From assembly GCF_000372725.1 (NCBI RefSeq), contig NW_005201223.1, positions 218,602-282,601 on the forward strand: a stretch of DNA of 64,000 bases. The letters run 5' to 3'. The position numbers and the translations under genes are program-made. The notes below the pieces were generated by a model, which saw only the letters and a list, made by a program, of their open reading frames with translations, was not told where the DNA came from and did no database searches. Origin of the DNA: Emiliania huxleyi CCMP1516. Lineage: Eukaryota. Below, one piece after another: positions 54,481 through 64,000 of the stretch. Position 1 is the first letter of the stretch; every line of letters begins with the position of its first letter.

Positions 54481-56523
54481 ATGCGCACCCTGTACCTACT
54501 CGCTATCGCAAGGGCAAGGGCTCTGCCGCTAAATGTCGTGCCCGCTGCCGACGACCTCGAGACGAGCCGCCTGAGCGACCTTGTCTGGGAAGCTGCGATG
54601 GATGGGTTCGACCACCACTCCGCTGCAATCGACAGCGCACTATCCACGGCAATGGCGGCGCTCTCTGACCAGGCATGCGCTCCGCAATGCCTCGCCGCCG
54701 CTGCTTCCGCCGCTGCGAGTGCCGGGCCCGCGCCTATGCAGCTGTGCCTCCAGTGCGTGGAGGAGCAGGAGCTGCGGCTCGACTTGGAGCCGTCCTGGTT
54801 GACCGGAACCATGGCCAAGGACGCGGATGGGCAGCTGCGCACGTTTTGCAGTGGCACCAACAGCAGCACCGGCTGGGAGCGGCAGCCCGACGGCTCCTAC
54901 TCAGGGTGCGAAGTCGCGGAGCATACGCCCGACGCCGCGACGACTGCCTTCATGTCCAACGCGGTGGTGCGGCGGAAGCTGAGGGATCTGCCGTCGGGGA
55001 CACACAACGGGTCTATCTGGAGGGGCAACGAGCTTGGAAGTCACATCCTGGTTCGCGACTTTTGGACGGGCATCGCGCCGGCGTCGATTCTGCTCGGCGC
55101 CAAGCCCGAGCAGCACAGGGTGCTGCGCCCGATCCTCGACCGGCTCTACGGCTGGTCACGGCACTGTCCAGCGCACTCACAGTGCCAGGCGGCGCGCTCC
55201 GCCGCCATCAGGGCGCATGCCACGCAGTGGCTCGCCGGCAAGACCTCCCTCGGCGGCGCGGACTACTTCGAGTACACGCACATCGCGCTATTTGAGCGCA
55301 CTTTCCCCGGGAAGGAGAACCCCTTCTCCGCCGCCCAGATGCAGTTTGTGCAGCTCCTCTTCCTCGTTCAGGCGACCTTCCTCATCTACCTCCCGGTCTC
55401 GATCCGGGAGCGCCTCCTCGCCCTCCTGCCCGACATGCTCAGCGGCGTGTGGTGGCACCAGCAGCTCTCGGACGCCTACCGGCCGATGGTGGAGGAGATC
55501 TACGGCGCCGAGCTCGCAGAGGGCGACTGCTCGCCCTCCGACTGCGTCGATCAGCTCACCTCCGCCATCATCGACACCATTCTTCTCGCTGGCGGTGCGG
55601 CCGTCGCCCCAGCCCAGCCAGCGCGGGTCGTCAGCGAGTGAGCCCACCGCCAGCGAGTGAGCCCACCGCCCTCCGTCCCGCCCACCGCTCGCTCGACAGG
55701 TCTCTCGATCCCCACCGCCCTCTCTAACGGCCTCTGGGTGCTGCTGGCGGACACCTCGCGGTGGGACGAGACTTTTCCGCAGACCGTCCCTGCCGGGGTG
55801 AGCCCGCTGCTCTACTTTATGGAGACGCTGCGCTTCTTGCCGCCCGTCGGCACCTTCCCCTTCTGGAGCGGCGACAACGTGCCGCCGGCCAACGACACGC
55901 GGTACCCGGACTACCCGTCTCCAGCGGCGCACACCTACCTCAACTTGCGGATGGCGCTGCGCGACCCGAACGCATGGGGTCGCCGCCACCCTCGGCGAGC
56001 CACGCGCGTTGCTCGATGGGGGAGGCTCAGCTTGCGCGACCTCACTGTAGGCCCCGACGCGCATCAGTTCTCTCTCCGCCGGCCTCTAGCTTCATACAAG
56101 GAGTACTCGGTCGCCTTCGCCGACGCTGCAGCCGACCCGACCGTCGCGGGCGGCGCAATGGACCGCTACTGCCCGGGGAAGCAGCTCTCCATGGATCTGG
56201 GCGAAGCCTTCTTCGAGCTCCTCCTCTCGCAGAGGAGCGAGTGGTGCCCAGACCCGGCCGCAGACACGCCCGCGTACTCGAGTCGCGGCTTCTCCGTGAC
56301 CAAGCCGGGCGCGTCCTTCTCCGTGGTCCGAGGCCTCGGCCGCGGCGCCGCCTGCGTCGTCCCGAGGTGGTTCGAGGCCGAGCCGTGCTGCGCTGGGCTG
56401 AGGTGCGTCGGGTGGGCCGCGGGGAGTGGCGGCAGCGGGGCTTGGGCGCTGATGGACCGTTTCCTGCCGCAGTTCAGCCCCTTCTCGGTGGACGGCACGT
56501 GTGTGCGAGACGAGGAGATGTAG
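54481..56523 (+). CDS. Divergent cytochrome P450 (CYP74-clan-like features); introns 55595-55699 and 55979-56050
   Basis: I-helix DTILLAGG|LSIPT, K-helix METLRFLPPV, MALRDP and heme ligand DRYCPGKQLS. Confidence 0.75.
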
Positions 56524-57116
56524 AATGTTCGTGCGAAGCGTGTTTTCTTCCATGTAGACTTGTTGAATTCTTCTCGCATGTGTTTGTCTTTGTGGGGCGT
56601 CCCACTATATCCATCTCTCGCGGTCTGAGTTCGACTTACTTGCGGGCACTTGGAGCATGTCCAATAGTTTTAAACACAGCGGAAGTCCTCAAAATGCATA
56701 TACAAAATGCGCCTGTGTGCGCTGTGGGGGGGAGAGAGATTTTCAGTGTATGTAGCTCTTACGTACATTCCCGATCCCGGAGGAGGGACTGCTGACAGGG
56801 TTTGCGATGAGGAGCGACCCGATGGGTTTCTCGGAGGTTAGTGCACCACTAACCGCCGAAGCGCAAGCGCTGGGAGCAAGAACACTACGACCTGGGTCGG
56901 GCTCATACTAGGAACTAGCACCCCACCTCGCGAGCCGACGTTCTGGCTCAGCGAGGTTGCTGCGGAGCACTCGCGGACCGATCTTAGAGATATATCTAGA
57001 TTTGTTTGAGATTTTTGAAAACGCAGCTTGGAAACGTCTTTCTTTTCTTTCCGGCGGATATTCGCGCAGAAAAAACAGCTGAAGTCCTTGCCCTCCCTCG
57101 TCGGCGGCTCGGCAAA

Positions 57117-57995
57117 ATGCCGCCTCCCGTCGGTGCGCACAGCGCTGCCGCGGCTCGCAGGGCGTCCGTCGGTGAGCACAGCGTGTCGAGTCGCGTCCCT
57201 CACCTCATCCGCCGCCGCTCGGCTCCCGCTGCTCTGCTACCAGATGATGAGCGGAGTAGCAAGCACGGCGGGCTGTTGCTGGCCTCGCAGCGCCAGCTGC
57301 GGCAAGAAGAGGAGCATTTGGCAGAGCTCTTTGCGCAGGAGGAGGCGACGCTGCTCCAGGCGGCGCTAGCACGGCGGCAGGATGCTGCGACTGAAGTGGA
57401 GGAGAAACGGGAGACGGAGGAGGAGGAGGAGGAGGAGGAGCAGGAGGAGCAGGAGGAGCAGGCGCACGAAGACGCGTTGCCACAGGAGTGTGCAATCTGC
57501 CTGGAGCCACTTGAGCGGCCAACCTACTGGCCCGCCGATTGTGGGCACATCTTTTGCTACAGCTGTGTGGAGAAGTGTGCGCGCGCAGACCATACGCTCA
57601 GGTGCCCTCTGTGCCGCAAAGCTCCACCTCGGCCGCCTCGACCGAAGCGGCGACCGCCGCCGACCTGGACGCTGGTGCCCACCCCAAGCGGAGGGTTGGC
57701 GGTCAATCTCAATCAGCGCGGCGAGGGCTCGGAGATATCGGCGGGGCAACCGGTGATGAGAGGCTCAAACGAAGTCGAGCTGGAGATGCGCGACTACTTT
57801 CGTCTGCTGGAGCGCGGCCCACCGCGACCGAGGCTGCGCGATCGGGCGGCGGCCAGGCTGCGGCTCGGGGGCGCGAGGCGGGCGGCGGCCCTCCCCGTGC
57901 CCGCCTCGCGCTACCGGGCGCCGCGCCCTGGCTTCTTCGAACGGCTCGCGATAGAATTTACCGAGGGAGTCATCGAGTTGATCGACATGCTGTGA
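57117..57995 (+). CDS. C3HC4 RING-finger protein
   Basis: CAICLE..CGHIFCYSC..CPLCR after an acidic tract. Confidence 0.85.
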   Translation: MPPPVGAHSAAAARRASVGEHSVSSRVPHLIRRRSAPAALLPDDERSSKHGGLLLASQRQLRQEEEHLAELFAQEEATLLQAALARRQDAATEVEEKRETEEEEEEEEQEEQEEQAHEDALPQECAICLEPLERPTYWPADCGHIFCYSCVEKCARADHTLRCPLCRKAPPRPPRPKRRPPPTWTLVPTPSGGLAVNLNQRGEGSEISAGQPVMRGSNEVELEMRDYFRLLERGPPRPRLRDRAAARLRLGGARRAAALPVPASRYRAPRPGFFERLAIEFTEGVIELIDML

Positions 57996-58396
57996 CACAC
58001 GAGGTTTTAGCTAACGGTTTGCGACCCGCAGTCTGCGACCCGCAGTCTTTTTCAAGATTCAACGCGCCCGCTTGAAAAACGAGTTTGGGTCCTTGTGTGT
58101 ACTCTCATGCTCTAACCATACGTCAGAGAAGTACCCCCGCACGCGACTCGCGAGCGGCGAGCCCCATGGCGACCGCTGGCGAGCCCCGGCCGTGCAGCGT
58201 GCACTTTATCTCTCTAAAACTAACGCGTACAGAAATCCAATCGCACAAGCACCGCCCTGCCACACCGTTTCGCTCCTAGTTACCCCTCTGCGCTCCCTCA
58301 GTTCATCTTCTCACTTGGACCTCCGACGAGAACGGACGTGGTGAGGGTTGAGGCACGCTTCCAGAGCTTGCCAGAGGCTATAAGTGCCGCTGCGCG

Positions 58397-59566
58397 CTAT
58401 CCTTCTCCACAAGGGCCGTGTGGCTGCGTGCGCTGAGTGGTTACGGTTCCGGCGGAGGAGCATCCGACCGAAGAACGCGTGTCGTCCTCATGTCGAATGG
58501 GTGACGCTGGTTTGTCTCCGTCTCCCGGCACTTTGGCACAAACGGCGCCTTCCACATTCGGCAGGCGCATCGAGAACATGAGGTCTGCCTCGCCCGATGG
58601 CTGCGTAGCCAAGAAGTTGGAGGGCAGTCCATCCCGCCACCTTCTATGCAGCGTGTGGGCGTTGACCAGCCACCGCACAAAGCAGAGCACAAAGACTGCA
58701 AGGCACAGACAGCGCCATATCTCAGAGCTGGGCTGTCCAAAGTGGTGGTCGCCCCAGCCGCGCCGCAGTGAGCGTCCAGCAGGGCCCGCCATCTCGCCGG
58801 CGCTCCAGAGCGAGGCTGCGCCGCCCATCACTTCCAGGACAAACGTGGTCGCGCACCTATAAGCGCAACAATGATCAGTCTCTCGTCGTGGCCACGCATT
58901 CGTAATCCCGTCTAGATGCAGGCCCACGTCTTTGCAGGGACTGGTCCTATGCATCTAGAACCCGCACCAAACGGCGGCGCGAGCATACCGCGCCGTGTTG
59001 TCACCGCCGACCGAGAGGTGGAGCGAGGCGCGCAGCGCCAGGAACTGCTCACGGTGCCACCAGATGAAGAACCAGGGGAGCCACGCACCAGATATGATGC
59101 GCCAGCGGAGCATGCTGTTGCGGCATTCATCGTAGCCCGGCGTCCAACGCGCGTCACCACTGCCGCCGTACTTTTCAACGTCATGGCAGTCGGCGGGGTA
59201 GTCAGTTCGTAGACCTGCAAAGTCGGAAAACCCCCACCAGGCACTCGCGCCGCCCAAAAACTGGAGGATGAAGAGCGAGACGGCCTCGGCCTCTCGTGAA
59301 GCAGCAATCCGCAGGGCATGAACGCAGACCCAACGCGCCAAAAAGAAGAGACCAGCCACGCCACAAATGGCACGCCATGCATCGCCATTTGAATAGCTTC
59401 GCACGCAGGAGAGCTCCGCACAGCCCCAGATGGCGCCCATGCCTCCGACGACCTCGAGTAGGAGCGAGGCGAGCAGCTGGTCGCAGCGAGTCGTGAATGC
59501 GCGTACACGTCCTACTCGTAGCCGCCCTGTTGCAGCTGGAGCCGTGAGAGTGGACGTTGAAGACAT
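58397..59566 (-). CDS. Uncharacterised membrane protein with three L(E/Q)xxGGxxxxW repeats; at least 1 intron
   Basis: LLEVVGGMGAIWGCAE, FILQFLGGASAWWGFSD and FVLEVMGGAASLWSAGE. Confidence 0.6.
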
Positions 59567-59857
59567 GCGTACAAGCACAGACGGCGTTTCCGCACATCGC
59601 ACGTTCCTCAGCTCCACCACGGGCATCGGAAAGGCGACCAAGAATCGCCCACCCTGTGTGTCGCGCGCGGAAAAGAGGAACCTCTCGCGCTTCTCGCACC
59701 CGTTGTGACCCTCCTGCGCGCCGCCAACGTCCTCGTCGCGAACGCCTCCATCGGCGCCCGCGACGGGCGCTTTCCCTCTGGTTCATGTTTTACGTCCTCA
59801 CCGGGAAATTCTTTTGCCACCACGCCGAGTCTTGCTCCCTCGGCCCTGAGAGAGCTA

Positions 59858-60260
59858 ATGGCGACGGCGAAAACCGGGCTCCCCGAGCTCAAGGCGCCTG
59901 CCGCCGCCGCCGCCGCCCGCTGCCGCGCCGCGCGATCCCACCTTTTCTCACCACTGCGCACAGGTTGCCGAGACGTGGGACTCGTGCATAGAAAACACGA
60001 TTCGGAAACTCGCGTACGGCACGCTCGGCGGCGGGCTGATCGCGGTCATCCTGTTCCGTGCGCGCCGCCGCCCGCGCGGAGCCCGCGGGTCGTGCCGCCG
60101 CCGCGCCGCACTCACCCTCTGCTTGTGGCGCCTTTATGCAGGTGGAGTGGCTGCGCGGTCAGCTGTGGCAGGCCTGGGCGCGGGCGTTGGGATTGGGATG
60201 GGGTACACGGAGTGCAAGCACGAGTTTGAGCTGGTCGACAAGGCCGCCGCCGCGAAATAG
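59858..60260 (+). CDS. MIC10: MICOS complex subunit Mic10; exons 59858-59893, 59964-60057 and 60142-60260
   Basis: Spliced product MATAKTGLPELK|VAETWDSCIENTIRKLAYGTLGGGLIAVILFR|GVAARSAVAGLGAGVGIGMGYTECKHEF.., with WD.C and GxGxGxG motifs. Confidence 0.88.
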
Positions 60261-60685
60261 GTATGCTGCGTGCCTGTGTCGCCACGCGCCTCCATGCTCT
60301 CGTTTGCCATCCCTCTCGGCGCCCGAAGGGGCGGGGTGAGAGAAAGAGTCCAGCTCCCGCGTGGGAGGGGCTGCCTGATTCACCCGTTTTTCGTACCCTG
60401 TATTGGATGTGACGGGTCCACGAAAGACAGGGCGGGTCCCGACTCGCGCGAGGGCGAGCTGGGCCCTCGTCGGGCATATCAGGGAGAGCAGAGATACTAG
60501 GCAGCGAGACCGAGAGCGCCGAGAGAGCGTTGTCCTAGGCGTTGTCGGTTGAGCGTCCGCAAGCGCGAGGGGCGACCGTCGCGGTCCATCTCATTATTCC
60601 GATCGACCCAAAAGCCTCGCGCAGCGCCTCTGTGGGAGAGGTTGGCGCGAGCCGGCGTGCTCGTCTAGCCTCCTCGCCGCCTCTC

Positions 60686-61459
60686 TCAGCTGGCGTTCGG
60701 CGTCTTGATGCCCATGATCTCGGGGCCAGCGTAGGTGGCAGAGCCAAAGGCGCCAACCTTTGGTACCTGGGAGGCGGGCGCGTCGCTCGGCCTGCGGGGA
60801 GGGAGAGGGCGGTGGGGGCTGAGGGGGAAGGCGGGCGGCAGATTTGGGGGAAGGAGTTGGGGGGAGGGAGGGAAGTGTGTGTGTGGGGGGGGCAGGGTCG
60901 GGGTCGGTTGGCACGGGGCTTGTGGCGGCCGCGGGGGCGGACGAGCTGAGGGAGTGGCGGGTGGGTGGGGTGGGTGGGTGGGGTGGGGGTGGGGGGGGCT
61001 TCGAGCGGGGAGGGTGCGTGGCGCTGCGGCGCTGCGGCATGGTGGGCAGCGGCGGCAAGTCGCCTGACGGGTTGGCCCTGCATGATGGTGTGGTTGAGGG
61101 TGAGCGGCGTGTCCGGGTAGTAGCCCGTGTCGCGCCGCTTCAGGTCCTTGTTGTAGTACCGAATAGAGTACACGGAGCTGGCCTCCTTGCGCTGCGCGTG
61201 CACGTCAGAGGCGTGAGCTTGCGCAATCTGGCCGCGGCGTGTGCTCGTCGTCCGCGCGCGGCGAGGGCCCGGTCAGCGGGCGGCGGGCGCGGCGGGCGCG
61301 GCAGCGGGGCACCTGCACAAGCGCTGCTGGTTGCGAGCCGGGAGAGACGCGGCGATACAGCTTGGCGGGCGTGTTTGCGATGGCGTGCTCGGTATTCCAG
61401 TAGTCTAGCCGCCGCATCCTCGTCCACACGTGCTCCGCCCAGGCGCCGAGGAAGGCCAT
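60686..61459 (-). CDS. Mitochondrial complex I accessory subunit B14.5a/NDUFA7-like, 3 exons
   Basis: VYSIRYYNKDLKRR resembles the plant-type VYDIKYFTRDQRR motif; small spliced ORF ending IKTPNAS-stop. Confidence 0.55.
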
Positions 61460-62020
61460 GCCGCGCTCGCTAGCTCGTGTCGCGGCGGCGCGTTGCAGGC
61501 GGCTAAAGCGCAAAGCTCGGCGCAACGCGCAAAAAAAATCCGGCGATTTTTACCGAAGCGAACTCCCCAGATCACGCACACGACGACCCTTATCTTTAAG
61601 ACAGCCTTATTGTTGAAACAAAATTCACACCCGAGAACACCTCGGCTCAGACGTGCTGGGCTCACGCTGGCTCACGCTCACTGGCTTACGCTCACGCTGG
61701 CTCACGCTCACGCTGCTGGCTCACGCACGCTGCTGGCTCAAGCTCGAGCATGCTCCGACTACTGCTTGCACAAGGTGTCGAGCGCCTGGCGCTGGCCCAC
61801 TCCCTGGCGCTCTCGTTTTCAGTCGCGTGTGCTTAGATAGCCGTAGCCGCGCGTACGGATCGATGCAAGCGGCCACGTCTCGCTCGGACATGCTGTGAGT
61901 GCGTAGCTGGGCCTGGGGACTCTCGGTCTCACTGGCGCGCTCTCTCTGGCAGCGACGCACCCGCATCCAAGCGCGCGCTCGCCAGCTACTGCTGAATTCT
62001 ATCTCGAACACAAGACTTCG

Positions 62021-62077
62021 CACGCACAAGGGAAAACTGCGTACGCACAAGGGAAAACTGCGTACGCACAAGGGAAA
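62021..62077. repeat. 21-nt tandem repeat, ~2.7 copies; a degenerate GCTCAC(GCTG) array also lies at 61660-61740
   Basis: Unit ACGCACAAGGGAAAACTGCGT. Confidence 0.8.
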
Positions 62078-62643
62078 GCGTATGCACGATGGCACTGTGG
62101 AAGCACATGCCGACAAAAAACCTATTGGAGCAAACCCTCGGCAGCGGCGCTGTGGGGCACCGACAGGATTGCCTGGGCGAAGTATACATTCATCGGTGGC
62201 ACGCGTACCACAACCAGTACGCGATCAATAGCACCAAAAGGCACAGGCCTGGCGCCGACTGCCAGAGAAGTGGAGGGCCGGCGCTCAAAGCGGTCGGCGA
62301 CTTGCGGTTGGGCGACGGTATCGGGAGAGGGAAGAAATCGGCCGCTGAAGGCGCCTCGCACGCCAGCTCGTACTCGGCGATGGAAGACAAGCTGGAGGTG
62401 CCGCCGCGCGTCAATCGGGGCGAGAGGCTCATCTCAAGCCAGGCGGAGCATTCGCTGCAGTGGCTCTGCACGAGATGGCCAGCGAGACGCGCTCATCCCC
62501 CTCTGTTTCGCTGAAATTGCGGGAAAGAAGAAATAAAAAGAAAAACGTGCGAGGGATGCAAACCAGCTTAAATTCTTTTCCCCTCAACAGCACCGGCATC
62601 AAGCTGGTGCTGGGCCGGTAGACTGCCAGCTAGCCCAACCGCC

Positions 62644-64000
62644 ATGCCAGCGCCAGTGCCAGCAGCGCCGAGCCACGACGAGGCCTATATCGATCCACGC
62701 CTCGTCATTGAGCGGCTCAGTAGCCTGTTGAACGATGAGTACGTCGAGACGGACGAGGCCATCGGCCCTCGCGTTGCGGCGTTCGCGGCGGCGGTGGAGC
62801 AGCTGTCGAGGCTGGGCAGCCAGATCGAGCGGATGCGCGACGCCGCGGCGGAAACGAGAGACGCCCACTCCAACCTCGCCAGCCTCACCAGCGCAAGCGC
62901 CGATGCGCTGGCGCCACCGCGCCGCGCCGATGGAGGCGAGCCGATGGCACCCTCGATGCAAACGTACGCCGAGCCGCAGCCGGCGCTGGAGGCGCAGGCG
63001 CAACACCTCTCGGAGGCGCTCGACCGCTTCCTCAACGGCACGGTCGGCCAGCTGCGCGGCCTGAGCCTGGTCGTCTCGAACAAGTACAAGGCGTACTGCA
63101 ACAAGACAGTGGAGCTCCGCCGCCGCCGCGCGCAGCTACAGCTGATGGTGACGCAAAAGGAGCGCGCCGACCTGCGCAGCCTCGAGCGGTCCCTCGTCCC
63201 GCCCGCGTCGCGCGCGGGCGAAGCCTTCGAGACGGAGATGGAGGGGCCGGTGCGGCCCATGTTCTCCTTCTCCCTCTCCCTCTCCCTCTCCTCGACCTTC
63301 CTCCCTCCCCCCTCTCCCTCTCCCTCTCCCCCTCTCTCTCCCTCTCTCCCTCTCCCTCTCTCCCTGTCTCCGTCTCCGTCTCTCCCTCCCCACCCACGCG
63401 TGTCGCATGGCCGCCCGAGGCCCCGTCGCCCCGCCCCGCAGCTGTTCCGCCTCTCGAGCACGACGGGCGTGTGGTGGCCTTGCTACGCACGCCTCGACGC
63501 AAAGCGGCAGATCCTCCTCTTCACCTCGAGCAAGTGGCATCTCCTAGAAGCTTCCGAGACAGTTCCTAGAAGGCCAAGTTAGCCGGGAGGCGCCGAGAGG
63601 ACACCTCACCCTCACCCGCACCCTCACCCGCACCCTCACCCGCACCCGCACCCGCACCCGCACCCGCACCCGCACCCGCACCCGCACCCGCACCCTCTAA
63701 ACCTAAATCAATCCTGGCCCTGACCCTGACCCTACCCCCAACCCTGACCCTAACCATAGGTCCGACAGACTCGCTGGCTACCTCACCGCGCCGGCAAAGG
63801 CGGTGGCGCTTTCCAGGTGCCGCCGAGATGCGCCGAGATGCGCTGAGATGCGCCTAAGCCTCCTCTGCGCCATCCTGTCAGGTACGTCCTCGCGCACGAG
63901 CCGCAGGAGGCCTTCTGGAATTGTCTAGGAAGCTTCTAGGAACTGTCAGGTACGTCCTCGCGCACGAGCTGCAGGAGGCGATCGCCGCGAAGCCGGCCGC
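62644..64000 (+). CDS. Coiled-coil (BAR-like) plus PH-like protein, multi-exon, runs off the window
   Basis: Long helical N-terminus, then spliced EMEGP|LFRLSSTTGVWWPCYARLD..ILLF resembling PH strands 1-3. Confidence 0.45.
63604..63755. repeat. Intronic 6-nt arrays (CACCCG)n and degenerate (CCCTrA)n
   Basis: Direct observation. Confidence 0.85.

Noticed and set aside
63700..63755. Telomere
   Set aside because: Short, degenerate CCCTrA units inside an intron.

Overview
GC-rich, intron-containing eukaryotic genomic DNA with two N-gaps (685-1530, 34143-34242). The frequent GC-AG (and apparent GA-AG) introns, microsatellite-filled introns and repeat families suggest a haptophyte such as Emiliania/Gephyrocapsa huxleyi (inference). 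About 25 protein-coding loci are supportable: PI4-kinase C-terminus, UIM+Not4-type RING ligase, OPR-RAP pseudogene, TAF8, GT8, EamA transporter, polyamine/amino-acid APC transporter, ShK+CAP protein, OPR-RsmC methyltransferase fusion, ShK+GT34, two LRR proteins, a 4x-repeat membrane protein, PP2C, GPN3, GH28, 4xAP2+RING, an HTTM-like protein, an F-box protein, a CYP74-like P450, a RING protein, MIC10, an NDUFA7-like subunit and a BAR/PH-like gene. There are also two ~840-bp non-autonomous TIR transposons and several dispersed repeat families. The most striking signal is a class of introns that begin with a copy of the downstream exon start (up to 36 nt, supplying a GT/GC/GA donor) followed by a short cassette, often exactly 38 nt, that supplies the AG acceptor. 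One cassette family (CTCTTCAC..GCTGTGAACAG) recurs in three unrelated genes, which looks like an intron-generating mechanism. All gene models were spliced by eye and need RNA-seq confirmation.
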